From positions 35,464,001-35,528,000 of the forward strand of contig OZ024748.1 in NCBI GenBank assembly GCA_964016885.1: a stretch of 64,000 nt of DNA. Direction: 5' to 3'. This document shows positions 30,001 to 45,000 of this stretch, piece after piece. The position numbers and the translations under genes were made by a program. How positions within the stretch are numbered: position 1 is the stretch's first letter; every line of letters starts with the position of its first letter. Source of the DNA: Eledone cirrhosa (taxonomy: Eukaryota). The notes below the pieces were generated by a model. The model was not told where the DNA came from and searched no databases. It was given only the letters and a program-made list of their open reading frames with translations.

Positions 30001-33000
30001 GACACGGTGTCTTGTAACATTAAAGACATCGTGTCTTGTAGTGTTAATGACATGATGTCTTGTACCATTAAAGACATGGTGTCTTGTACCATAAAAGACA
30101 TGGTGTCTTTTACCATTAAAGACATGGTGTCTTGCACCATTAAAGATATGATGTCTTGTACAATTATGACAAAACATTGTGTTTTGTACCATTAAAGACA
30201 CGGTGCCTTGTACCATTAAAGACAGGGTGTCTTGTACCATTAATGACATGGAGTCTTGTACCATTAATGACATGGTTTCATGTACCATTAAAGAGTGGGT
30301 ATCTTGTACCATTAAAGATACGGTGTCTTGTAACATTAATGACATGGTGATTTTACCATTAAAGACATGGTGTCTTGTACAATTAAAGATATGGTGTCTT
30401 GTACCATTAAAGACACGGTGTCTTGTAACCTTAAAGACATGGTGTCTTGTACCAGTAAAGACACGGTGTCTTGTACAATTAAAGACACGGTGTCTTGTAC
30501 CATTAAAGACATGGTATCTTGTACCATTAAAGACATGGTGTCTTGTACCATTAAAGACTCGGTGTCTTGTACCAATAAAGACCTGGTGTCCTTTACCATT
30601 AAAGACATGGTGTCTTGTACCATTAAAGACATGGTGTCTTGTACCATTAAAAACATGGTATCTTGAACCTCAAAAGACACGGTGTCTTGTACCATTAAAG
30701 ACATGGTGTCTTGTACCATTAATGACATGGTGTCTTGTACCATTAAAGACATGGTGTCTCGTACCATTAAAGACATGGTGTCTTGTACCTTTAAAGACAC
30801 GGTGTCTTGTACCATTAAAGACATGGTGTCTTGTACCATTAAAGACATGGTGTCTTGTACCTTTAAAGACACGGTGTCTTGTACCATTAAAGACATGGTG
30901 TCTTGTACCATTAAAGACGCGGTGTATTGTACCATTAAAGACACGGTGTCTTGTACCATTAAATACATGGTGTTTTGCACCATTAAAGACACAGTATCTT
31001 GTAACATTATAGACGCAGTCTCTTGTACCATTAAAGACACGGTGTCTTGTAACATTAAAGATATCGTGTCTTGCAGTAGTAATGACATGGTGTCTTGTAC
31101 CATTAAAGACATGGACACTTGTACCATTAAAGACATGGTGTCTTGTACCATTAAAGACATGGTGTCTTGTAGCATTAAAGACACGGTGTTTTGTACCATT
31201 AAAGACATGGTGTCTTGTCCCATTTAAGACATGGTGTCTTGTACCATTAAAGACATGGTGTCTTGTACCATTAAAGAGATGGTCTCTTGTCCCATTTAAG
31301 ACACGGTGTCTTGTACCATTAAATACATAGTGTCTTGTACCATTAAAGACATGGTGTCTTGTACCATTAATGACATGGTGTCTTGTACCATTAAAGACAT
31401 GTTGTCCTGTCCCATTTAAGACGTGGTGTCTTGTACAATTAAAGACATGGTGTCTTGTCCCATTTAAGACATGGTGTCTTGTACCTTTAATGATATGGTG
31501 TATTATACCATTAAAGACATGGTGTCTTGTACCATTAAAGACACGGTATCTTGTACCATGAAAGACACGGTGTCTTGTCATATTAAAGACTCGGTGTTTT
31601 GTACTATTATATACATGGTGTCTTGTAACCTTAAAGACATGCTGTTTTGTACCATTAAAGCATGGTGTCTTGTACCATTAAAGACACGGTGTCTTGTACT
31701 ATTAAAGACATGGTCTCTTGTACCATTAATGACATGGTGACTTTTACCATTAAAGACATGGTGTCTTGTACAATTAAAGATATGGTGTCTTGTAACCTTA
31801 AAGACATGGTGTCTTGTACCATTAAAGACACGGTATCTTGTACCATGAAAGACACGGTGTCTTGTCATATTAAAGACTCGGTGTTTTGTACTATTATATA
31901 CATGGTGTCTTGTAACCTTAAAGACATGCTGTTTTGTACCATTAAAGACACGGTGTCTTGTACCATTTAAAACATGGTATACTGTACCTCTAAAGACACG
32001 GTGTCTTGTACCTTTAAAGACATGGTGTCTTGTACCATTAATGACATGGTATCTTGTACCATTAAAGACATGGTGTCTTGTAACATTAATTACATCGTGT
32101 CTTGTACCATTAAAGACATGGTGTCTTGTACCTTTAAAGACTCGGTGTCTTGTACCATTAAAGAGATGGAGTCTTGTATCATTAAATACGCGGTGTATTG
32201 TACCATTAAAGATACGGAGTCTTGTACCATTAAAGCCATGGTGTCTTGTACCATTAAAGACATGGTGTCTTATAACATTAAAGTAATCGTATCTTGTAAC
32301 ATTAAAGATATGGTGTCTTGTACCATTAAAGACACGGAGTCTCGTACCATTAAAGACATGGTGTCTTGTACAATTAAAGACACGGTGTATTGTACCATTA
32401 AAGACATGGTGTCTTGTACCTTTAATGATATGGTGTAGTGTACCATTAAAGACATGGTGTCTTGTACCATTAAAGACACGGTATATTGTACCATGAAAGA
32501 CACGGTGTCTCGTAATATTAAAGACTCGGCGTCTAGTAAACTTAAAGACATGCTGTTTTGTACCAGTAAAGACATGGTGTCTTGTACCATTAAAGACACG
32601 GTGTCTTGTACCATTAAAAACATGGTATCTTGTACCTCTAAAGACATGGTGTCTTGAACCATTAAAGACATAGTGTTTTGTACCATTAAAGACATGGTGC
32701 CTTGTACCATTAAAAACATGGTGTCTTGTACCTTTAAAGACCCGGTGTCTTGTACCATTAAAAACATGGTATCTTGTACCTCTAAAGACATGGTGTCTTG
32801 TACCTTTAAAGACATGGTGTCTTGTACCATTAAAGACACGGTGTCTTGTACAATTAAAGACACGGTGTCTTGTACCATTAAAAACATGGTATCTTGTACC
32901 TCTAAAGACATGGTGTCTTGTACCTTTAAAGACATGGTGTCTTGTACCATTAAAGTCATGGTGTCTTGTAACATTAATTATATCGTGTCTTGTACCATTA

Positions 33001-36000
33001 AAGACATGGTGTCTTGTACCTTTAAAGACCCGGTGTCTTGTACCATTAAAGACATGGTGTCTTGTACCATTAAAGACATAGTGTTTTGTACCATTAAAGA
33101 CACGGTGTCTTGTACCATTAAAGACATGGTGTCTTGTACCATTAAAGACATGGTGTCTTCTAACATTAAATCATGGTCTCTTGTACCATTAAAGACATGG
33201 TGTCCCGTACCATTAAAGACATACTGTCTTGTACCATTAAAGACAAGGTGTCTTGTAACATTAAATGATATGGTGTCTTGTACCATTAAAGACATAGTGT
33301 CTTGTACCATTAAAGACACGGTGTCTTGTACCTTTAATGATATGGTGTATTGTACCATTAAAGACATGGTGTCTAGTACCATTAAAGACATGGTGTCTTT
33401 ACCATTAATGACATGGTGTCTTGTACCATTAAATACACGGTATCTTGTACCATTAAAGATACGGTGTCTTGTACTATTAAAGACATGGTGTCTTGTACCA
33501 TTAAAGACATGGTGTCGTGTACCATTAAAGACACGGTGTCTAGTACCATTAAAGACACGGTGTCTTGTACCACTACAGACATGGTGTCTTGCACCATTAA
33601 TGACGTGGTATCTTTTACCATTAAAGATACGGTGTCTTGTAAGATTAAAGACACGGTGTTTTGTACCATTAAAGACACGGTGTCTTGCACCATTATAGAC
33701 ATGGTGTCTTGTATCATAAATGACATGGTGACTTTTACCATTAAAGACATGGTATCTTGTAACATTAATGACATCGTGTATTGTAGCATTAAAGACATGG
33801 AGTCCTGTACCTTTAAAGACACGGTGTCTTGTACAATTAAAGATATGGTGTCTTGTACCACTAAAGACACGGTGTCTTGTAACCGTAAAGACATGGAGTC
33901 TTGTACCATTAAAGACACGGTGTCTTGTACCATGAAAGACACGGTGTCTTGTACCATTAAAAACATGTTATCTTGAACCTCAAAAGACATGGTGTGTTGT
34001 ACCATTAAAGACATGGTGTCTTGTACCATTAATGACATGGTGTCTTGTACCATTAACGACATGGTGTCTTGTAACATTAAAGACATCGTGTCTTGTACCA
34101 TTAAAGACATGGTGTCTTGTACCTTTAAAGACACGGTGTCTTGTACCATTAAAGACATGGTGTCATGTACCATTAAAGACACGGTGTCTTGTACCATTAA
34201 AGACATCGTGTCTTGCAGTAGTAATGACATGGTGTCTTGTACCATTAAAGTCACGGTGTCTCGCACCATTAAAGATATGTTGTCTTGTAACATTAAATGA
34301 TATGGTGTCTTGTACCACTAAAGACACGGTGACTTGTAACCTTAAAGACATGGTGTCTTGTACCATTAAAGACTCGGTGTCTTGTACCAATAAAGACATG
34401 GTATCTTGAACCTCAAAAAACATGGTGTCTTGCACCATTTATGAGATGGTGTCTTGTACCATTAAAGACACTGTGTCCTGTACCATTAAAGAATGGTGTC
34501 TTGTACCATTAAAGGCATGGTGTCTTGTCCCATTAAAGACACGGTGTTTTGCACCATTAAAGACATGGTGTCTTGCCCCATTTAAGACATGGTGTCTTGT
34601 ACCATTAAAGACATGGTGTCTTGTCCCATTTAAGACATGGTGTCTTGTACCATTAAAAACATGGTGTCTTGTCCCATTAAAGACACGGTGTTTTGTACCA
34701 TTAAAGACACGGTGTCTTGTACTATTAAAGATACGGTATCTTGTAACATTAAAGAGACTGTGTCGTGTACCATTAAAGACTTGGTGTCTTGTACCATTAA
34801 CGATATGGTGTCTTGTACAATTATAAAAACATTGTGTTTTGTACCATTAAAGACACGGTGTCTTGTACCATTAAAGACATGGTGTTTTGTACCATTAAGG
34901 ACATGGTGTTTTGTACAATTAATCACATGGTGTCTTGCACCATTAAATAAATGGTGTCTTGTACCTTTAAAGATATGGTGTCTCGTACCATTAAAGATAT
35001 GGTGTCTTGTACCATTAAAGACACGGTGTCTTGTACCATTAAAGACACAGTGTCTTGTACCTTTAAATACATGGAGTCTTGTACCATTAAAGACATGGTG
35101 TGTTGTACCTTTAAAGACATGGTGCATTGTACCATTAAAAACAAGGTGTCATGTACCATTGAAGACACCGTGTCTTGTCCCATTTAAGACATGGTGTCTT
35201 GTACCATTAATGACATGGTGTCTTGTACCATTAAAGACACGGTGGCTAGTTCCATTAAGACATGGTGTGTTGTACCATTAAAGACATATTGTCTTGTCCC
35301 ACATAAGACATGGTGTTTTGTACCATTAATGCCATTGTGTCTTATACCATTAATAACATCGTGTATTGTACAATTAAAGACACAGTGCCTTGTACTATTA
35401 AAGACATGGTGTCGTGTACCATTAAAGACATGGCGTTTTCTACCTTTAAAGACTTGGTGTCTTGCACCATTAAATATATGGTGTCCTCTACAATTATAAA
35501 AAACATTGTGTTTTGTACCATTGAAAACAGGGTGTCTTGTACCATTAAAGACATGGTGTTTTGTACCATGAAGGACATGGTGTTCTGTACAATGTTCTGT
35601 ACAATTAATGACATAGTGTATTGCACCATTAAAGAGATGGTGTCTTGTACCATTAAAGACATGGTGATTTGTACCATTAAAGATATGGTGCATTGTACCT
35701 TTAAAGACATGGTGTCTTGTACATTTAAAGACCCGGTGTCTTGTACCATTAAAGACATGGTGTCTTGCACCATTAATGACATGGTGTCTTGTACAATTAT
35801 GAAAAAAAAAAATGTTTGGTTCCATTAAAGACATGGTGTCTTGTACCATTAATGACATGGTGTCTTGTAACATGAAAAACCTGGTGTCTTGTAACATAAA
35901 AAACCTGGTGTCTTGTAACGTTAAAGAAATAGTGCCTTGTACCATTATGGAGATGTGGTCTTGTACCATTACTTACATGGTGTCTTGTAACATTAAAGAC

Positions 36001-39000
36001 ATGGTGACTTGTACCATTAAAGACATGGTGTCTTGTACCTTTAAAGACATGGTGACTTGAACAATTATAAAAACATTGTGTTTTGTACCATTAAAGCCAC
36101 GGTGTCTTGTACCATTAAAGATATTGTGTCTGGTACCATTAAAGACACGGCGTCTTGTAACATTAAAGACATGGTATCTTGTACCATTAAAGACACGGTG
36201 TCTTTTACCATTAAACACCCGGTGTCTTTTACCATTAAAGACATGGTGTCTTGTACCATTAATGACACCGTGTCTTGACCATTAAAGACAGGGTGTCTTG
36301 TCCCATTTAAGACATGCTGTCTTGTACCATTAAATAAATATTGTCTTTTACCATTAAAGACATGGTGGCTTGCACCATTAATGACATGATGTCTCGTACC
36401 ATTAAAGACACGGTGTCTTGTACCATTAAAGACATGGTGTCTTGTACCATTAAAGACACGGTGTCTTGTACCATTAAAGACACGGTGTCTTGTACCATTA
36501 AAGATATCGTGTCTTGTAGTATTAATGACATGGTGTCTTGTACCATTAAAGAATGGTGTCTTGTACCTTTAAAGACACGGTGTCTTGTATCATTAAAGAC
36601 ATCGTGTCTTGTACCATTAAAGACACGATGTCTTTTAACCTTCAAGACATGGTGTCTTGTACCATTAAAGACACGGTCTCTTGTACCATTATAGACGTCG
36701 TGTCTTGTACCATTAAAGACACGTTGTCTTGTACCATTAAAGACATGGTGTCTTGCACCATTAAAGATATAGTGTCTTGTATAATTATGAAAAACATTGA
36801 GTTTTGTTCCATTAAAGACATGGTGTCTTGTACCATTAATGACATGGTGTCTTGTACCATTAAAGACACTGTACATTGAATCATTAAAGACACCGTGTCT
36901 TGTAACATTAAAGACATGGTGTCTTGTACCATTAAAGACATGGTGTCTTGTAGTATTAATGACATGGTGTCTTGTACCATTAAAGACATGGTGTCTTGTA
37001 CCATTAAAGACATGGTGTCTTGTACCATTAGAGACACAGGGAGTGTACAATTGAAGATATGGTGTCTTGTAACATGAAAGAACCGGTATCTTGTAACGTT
37101 AAAAAAATCGTGTCTTGTACCATTATGGAGATGTGGTTTTGTACCATTAATTACATGGTGTCTTGTAACATTAAAGACATGGTGACTTGTACCATTAAAG
37201 ACATGGTGTCTTGTACAATTAAAGACAGGGTGACTTGTACAATTATAAAAATATTGTGTTTTGTACCATTAAAGACACGGTCTCTTTTACCATTAAAGAC
37301 ACGGTGTCTTGTACCATTAAAGTCATGGTGTCTTGTACCATTAAAGACACGGTGTCTTGTACCATTAAAGACATGGTGTCTAGTAACATTAAAACACGGT
37401 GTTTTGTACCATTAAAGACATGATGTCTTGTCCCTTTTAAGACACGGTGTCTTGTATCATTAAAGTCATGGAGTCTTGTACTATTAAAGACATGGGTTCT
37501 TGTACCATTAAAAACATGGTGTCTTGCACCATTTATGAGATGGTGTCTTGTACCATTAAAGACACTGTGTTCTGTACCATTAAAGAATGGTGTCTTGTAC
37601 CATTAAAGGCATGGTGTCTTGTCCCATTAAAGACACGGTGTTTTGCACCATTAAAGACATGGTGTCTTGTCCCATTTAAGACATGGTGTCTTGTACCATT
37701 AAAGACATGGTGTCTTGTCCCATTTAAGACATGGTGTCTTGTACCATTAAAAACATGGTGTCTTGTCCCATTAAAGACACGGTGTTTTGTACCATTAAAG
37801 ACACGGTGTCTTGTACTATTAAAGATACGGTGTCTTGTAACATTAAAGAGACTGTGTCGTGTACCATTAAAGACTTGGTGTCTTGTACCATTAACGATAT
37901 GGTGTCTTGTACAATTATAAAAAACATTGTGTTTTGTACCATTAAAGACATTGTGTCTTGTACCCTTAATGACACGGTGTCTTGCTCCATTAAAGATACG
38001 GTGTCTTGTCCCATTCAAGACATGGTGTGTGTACCATTAAAGATATAGTGTCTTGTCCCATTTAAGACATGGTGTCTTGTACCATTAAAGACATGGTGTC
38101 TTGTACCATTTAAGACATGGTGTTTTCTACCATTAAAGCATGGTGACTTGTACTATTAATGACATGGTGTCTTGTAACATTAATGACATGGTGTCTTGTA
38201 ACATTAAATTACATTGTGTCTTGTACTATTATAGACATTGTGTCTTGTACCTTTAAAGACACAGAGTCTTATATCATTAAAGACATGGTGTCTTGTACCA
38301 TTAAAGACTTGGTGCTTTGAACCATTAATGACATGGTGTCTTTTCCCATTAAAACACGGTGTCTTGTACTATTAATGACATGGTGTCTTGTACCATTAAA
38401 GATATTGTGTCTTGTACCTTTAAAGATATTGTGCCTTGCACTATTAAAGACGCGCTGTCTTGTACCATTAAAGACATGGTGTCTTGTACCATTAAAGAGA
38501 TGGTGTCTTTTACCATTAAAGACATGGTGTTTCGTACCATCAAATATATATGTGTCTTGTACCTTTACAGACATGGTGTCTTGTACCATTAAAGACATGG
38601 TGTTTTGTACCATTAAATAGACGGTGTCTTGTACCATTGAAGACGTGGTGTATTGTACCATTAAAGACATGGTGTCTTGAAACATTAATGACAAGGTGTC
38701 TTGTACCATTAAAGACCTGGTGTCTTGTACCATTAAAGACATGGTGTCTTGTACCATTAAAGACATGGTGTTTCGTACCATCAAATATATGGTGTCTTGT
38801 ACCTTTACAGACATGGTGTCTTGTACCATTAAAGACATAGTGTGTTGTACCATTAAAGCCACGGTTTCTTGTTTCATTTAAGACATGTTGTCTTGTCCCA
38901 TTTAAGACATTGTGTTTTGTACCATTAAAGACATAGTGTCTTGTCCCATTTAAGACATGGTGTCATGTGCCATTAAAGATATGGTGATTTGTAACTTTAA

Positions 39001-42000
39001 AGACATGGTTTCTTGTACCATCAAAGACATGGTGTCTTGTACCATTAAAGACATGATGTCTTGCACCATTAAAGACATGGTGTCTTGTACCATTTAAGAC
39101 ATGGTGCTTTCTACCATTAAAGCATGGTGACTTGCACTATTAATGACATGGTGTCTTGTACCATTAAAGACACGGTGTCTTGTACCATTAAGGACATGGT
39201 GTCTTGTACAATTAATGATATGGTGTCTTGCAACCTTAAAAATATGGTGTCTTGTACCTTTAAATAGATGGTGTCTTGTACCATTAAATACATGGTGATT
39301 TGTACCATTAATGACATGGTGTCTTGTACATTAAAACATATGGTGTCTTGTACCATTAATGACATGTACCATTAAAAACATGGTGTCTTGTACCATTAAA
39401 GACACGGTGTCTTCTACCATTAAAAACACGGTGTCTTGTACCAATAAAGACATGGTGTCTTGTAGTATTAATGACATGGTGCCTTGTACCATTAAAGACA
39501 TAGTGTCTTGTACTATTAAGGACACCGTGTCTTGTTTCATTAAAGACATGGTGTCTTGTCCCATTTAAGACATGGTGTGTGTACCATTAAAGACATAGTG
39601 TCTTGTCCCATTTAAGACATGGTGTCTTGTACCTTTAAAGACATGGTTTCTCGTACCATTAAAAACATGGTGTCTTGTACCATTAAAGACATGATGTCTT
39701 GAATCATTAAAGATATGGCGTCTTGTACCATTAATTGCATGGTATCTATCTCCATTTAAGATACCGTCTCTTGTACAATTATAAAAAACATTGTGTTTTG
39801 TACCATTAAAGACATTGTGTCTTGTACCATTAAAGACATGGTGTCTTGTACCATCAATAACATGGTGTCTTGCTCCATTAAAGATACGGTCTCTTGTACA
39901 ATTATAAAAAAATGACATGGTGCCTTGTACCATTAAAGACATATTGTCTTGTACCATTAAAGACACGGTGTCTTGTTTCATTAAAGACACGGTGTCTTGT
40001 CCCATTTTAGACATGGTGTGTGTACCAGTAAAGATATAGTGTCTTGTCCCATTTAAGACATGGTGTCTTGTACCATTAAAGACATTGCAGTCTTGTACCA
40101 TTTAAGACATGGTGTTTTCTACCATTAAAGCATGGTGACTTGTACTATTAATGACATGGTGTCTTGTAACATTAAAGAGTTGGTGTCTTGGACCATTAAA
40201 GACATGGTGTCTTGTACCATTAAAGACATCGTGTCTTGTACATTAAAACATGGTGTCTTGTACCATTAAAGTCATGGTGTCTTGTACCATTAAATTACAT
40301 TGTGTCTTGTACCATTATAGACATTGTGTCTTGTACCTTTAAAGATACGGTGTCTTGTACCATTAAAGACCTGATGCTTTGAACCATTAATGACATGGTG
40401 TCTCTTACCATTAAAACACGGTGTCTTGTACAATTAATGACATGGTGTCTTGTACAATTAATGACATGGTGTCTTGTACCATTAAATTACATTGTGTCTT
40501 GTACCATTATAGACATTGTGTCTTGTACCTTTAAAGACACGGTGTCTTGTACCATTAAAGACCTGGTGCTTTGAACCATTAATGACATGGTGTCTCTTAC
40601 CATTAAAACACGGTGTCTTGTACAATTAATGACATGGTGTCTTGTACAATTAATGACATGGTGTCTTGTACGATTAAAAACACGGTATCCTGTACCCTTA
40701 AAGACATGGTGTTTTGTACCATGAAAGATATTGTGTCTTGTACCTTTAAAGATATTGTGCCTTGTACCTTTAAAGACGCGGTGTCTTGTACCATTAAAGA
40801 CATGGTGTATTGTACCATTAAAGAGATGGTGTCTTTTACCATTAAAGACATGGTGTTTCGTACCATCAAATATATGGTGTCTTGTACCTTTACAGACATG
40901 GTGTCTTGTACCATTAAAGACATGGTATCTTGTACCATTGAAGAGATAGTGTCTTGTACCATTAAAGAAATGGTGTCTTGAAACATTAATGACAAGGTGT
41001 CTTGTACCATTAAAGACCTGGTGTCTGGTACCATTAAAGACATGGTGTCTTTTACCTTTAAAGACATGGTGCATTGTACCATTAAAAACACGGTCTCTTG
41101 TACCATTAAAGACATCGTGTCTTGTCCTATTTAAGACATGATGTCTTGTACCATTAATGACATGGTGTCTTGGACCATTGAAGACACGGTGTGTTGTACC
41201 ATTAAAGACATGGTGTCAGTACCATTAAAGACACGGTGTCTTGTACCATTGAAGACACAGTGTCTTGTACCATTAAAGACATGGTGTCTTGTACCATTAA
41301 AGACACGGTGTCTTGTACCATTAAAGATATCGTGTCTTGTCCTATTTAAGACATGGTGTCTTGTACCATTAATGATATGGTGTCTTGGACCATTAAAGAC
41401 AGGGTGTCTTGGACCATTAAAGACATGGTGTCTTGTACCATTAATGACATGTTGACTTGTACCATTAAAGACACGGTGTCCTGTAAAATTAAAGACACGG
41501 TGTCGTGTACCATTAAAGACATGGTGTCTTGTACCCTTAAAGACTTGGTGTCTTGCAGCATTAAAGATATGGTGTCTTGTGCAATTATAAACAACATTGT
41601 GCTTTGTACCACTAATGACACGGTGTACCTTTAAAGACATCGTATCTTGTACCATTAAGGACATGCTGTCTTGTACCATTAAAGAGATGGTGTCTTCTAC
41701 CATTAAAGTGATGGTGTCTTGTACCATTAAAGACATGGTGTCTTGTACCATTAAATTACATTGCGTCTTGTACCATTATAGACATTGTGTCTTGTACCTT
41801 TAAAGACACGGTGTCTTGTATCATTAAAGACATGGTGTTTTGTACCATTAAAGACTTGGTGTCTTTCACCATTAAAGTTATGGTGTCTTGTACAATTATA
41901 AACAACATTGTGCTTTGTACCATTAAAGACACAGTGTTTTGTACCATTAAAGACATCGTGTCTTGTACCATTAAGGACATGGTGTCTTGTACCTTTAAAG

Positions 42001-45000
42001 ACTTGGTGTCTTGTACCATTAAAGAGATGGTGTCTTGTACCTTTAAATGCATGATGTCTCGTACCATTAAAGACATGGTGCCTTGTGCCATGAAATAGAC
42101 CGTGTCTTGTACCACTAAAGACATGATGTCTTGTACCATTAATGCCATGGTGTCTTGCTCCATTAAAGATATGGTGTCTTGTACAATTATTAAAAACATT
42201 GTGTAAGGTAACATTAAACACATGGTGTTTTGTATCATTAAAGACATGGTATCCTGTACCATTAAAGACACGGTGTCTTGTACCAATAAGGACATGGTGT
42301 TTTGTCCAATTAATGATATGGTGTCTTCCACCATTAAATATATGGTGTCTTGTACCGTTAAAGACATGGTGATTTGTACCATTAAAGACATGGTGTCTTG
42401 TAACTTGAAAGACATGGTGTCTTGTACCATTAAAAACACGGTGTCTTGTACCATTAAAGACATGGTGTCTTGTCCCATTTAAGACATGGTGTCCTGTACC
42501 ATTAAAGAAATTGTGTCTTGTACCATTAATGACATGGTGTCTTGTACCATTAAAACATGGTGTCTCGTACCATTAAAATATGGTGTCTTGTACCATTAAT
42601 GACATGGTGTCTTGTACCACTAAAGACACGGTGTCATGTACCATTAAAGACACGGAGTCTTGTCCCTTTAAAGACATGGTGATTTGTACCATTAACCACA
42701 CGGTGTCCTGCACCATTACAAACACCCTCTCCTGTACCATTAAAAACACTGTCTCGTACAATTATAAAACCATGGTGTCGTGTACTATTAAAGTCAATGT
42801 GTCTTGTCCCATTAAAGACATGGTGTCTTGTACCATTAAAAACATGGTGTCTTGTACCATTAAAGACATGGTGTCTTCTACCATTGAAGAAATGGTGTCT
42901 TGTACCATTTAAGAGATGGTGTCTTGTAATATTTAAGACATGGTGTTTTCTACCATTAAAACATGGTGTCTTGTACTATTAAGACATGGTGTCTTGTACC
43001 ATTAAAAACATGGTGTCTTGTACCATTAAAGACATGGTGTCTTGTACCATTAAAGACTTGATGCCTTGTATCTTTAAAGACATGGTGCCTCGTACAATTT
43101 AAGAGATGGTGTCTTGTACCATTAAAGAGATGGTGTCGTATACCATTAAAGACATGGTTTCTTGTACCATTAAAGACATGGTGTCTTGTACCATTAAAGA
43201 TATGGTGTCTTGGACCATTAAAGACATGTTGTCTTGTACCATTAAAGCCATGATGCCTTGTACCTTTAAAGACATGCTGATTTGTACCATTAAAGACATG
43301 GTGTCTTGTTCCATTAAAGACACGGTGTCATGTACCATTAAATACATGGTGTCTTGTACCTTTAAAGACATGGTGCATTGTACCTTTAAAGACATGGTGA
43401 TTAGTACCATTAAAGACACGGTGTCCTCTCCCATTAAAGAACCCTGTCTTGTACCATTAAAAACACTGTGCCTTGTAAAATTATAAAATACATGGTGTCG
43501 TGTACCATTAAAGTCACTGTGTCTTGTACCATTAAAGTCACTGTGTCTTGTACCATTAAAGAATGGTGTCTTGTACCATTAAAGACATTTTGTCTTGTAC
43601 CATTAAAGACATGGTGTCTTGTACCATTTAAGACATGGTGTTTTCTACCATTAAAACATGGTGACTTGTACTATTAAAGATATGGTGTCTTGTGCCTTTA
43701 AAGACATGGTGTCTTGTGCCATTAAAGACATGGCGTCCTGTACTCTTAAAGACATGCTGTCTTGTATCATTGAAGAAATCGTGTCTTGTACCATTAAAGA
43801 CATGGCGTCTTGTACCATTAAAAACATGGTGTCTTGTACCATTAAAGACATGGTGTCTACTACCATTGAAGAAATGGTGTCTTGTACCATTTAAGAGATG
43901 GTGTCTTGTAATATTTAAGACATGGTGTTTTCTACCATTAAAACATGGTGTCTTGTACTATTAAGACATGGTGTCTTGTACCATTAAAAACATGGTGTCT
44001 TGTACCATTAAAGACATGGTGTCTTGTACCATTAAAGACTTGATGCCTTGTATCTTTAAAGACATGGTGCCTCGTACAATTTAAGAGATGGTGTCTTGTA
44101 CCATTAAAGAGATGGTGTCGTATACCATTAAAGACATGGTTTCTTGTACCATTAAAGACATGGTGTCTTGTACCATTAAAGATATGGTGTCTTGGACCAT
44201 TAAAGACATGTTGTCTTGTACCATTAAAGCCATGATGCCTTGTACCTTTAAAGACATGCTGATTTGTACCATTAAAGACATGGTGTCTTGTTCCATTAAA
44301 GACACGGTGTCATGTACCATTAAATACATGGTGTCTTGTACCTTTAAAGACATGGTGCATTGTACCTTTAAAGACATGGTGATTAGTACCATTAAAGACA
44401 CGGTGTCCTCTCCCATTAAAGAACCCTGTCTTGTACCATTAAAAACACTGTGCCTTGTAAAATTATAAAATACATGGTGTCGTGTACCATTAAAGTCACT
44501 GTGTCTTGTACCATTAAAGAATGGTGTCTTGTACCATTAAAGACATTTTGTCTTGTACCATTAAAGACATGGTGTCTTGTACCATTTAAGACATGGTGTT
44601 TTCTACCATTAAAACATGGTGACTTGTACTATTAAAGATATGGTGTCTTGTGCCTTTAAAGACATGGTGTCTTGTGCCATTAAAGACATGGCGTCCTGTA
44701 CTCTTAAAGACATGCTGTCTTGTATCATTGAAGAAATCGTGTCTTGTACCATTAAAGACATGGCGTCTTCTACCATTAAATTGATGGTATCTTGTACCAT
44801 TAAAGACACGGTGATTTGTACCATTAAAGAGATGGTGTCTTGTACCATTAAAAACATGGTGTCTTATACCATTAAAGACATGGTGTCTTGTATCATATAA
44901 GACATGGTGTATTGTACCATTAAAGATACTGTGTCTTGTACCATTAAAGACCTGGTGTTTTGTACTATTAAAGATATTGTGTCTTGTACCATTAAAGAGA

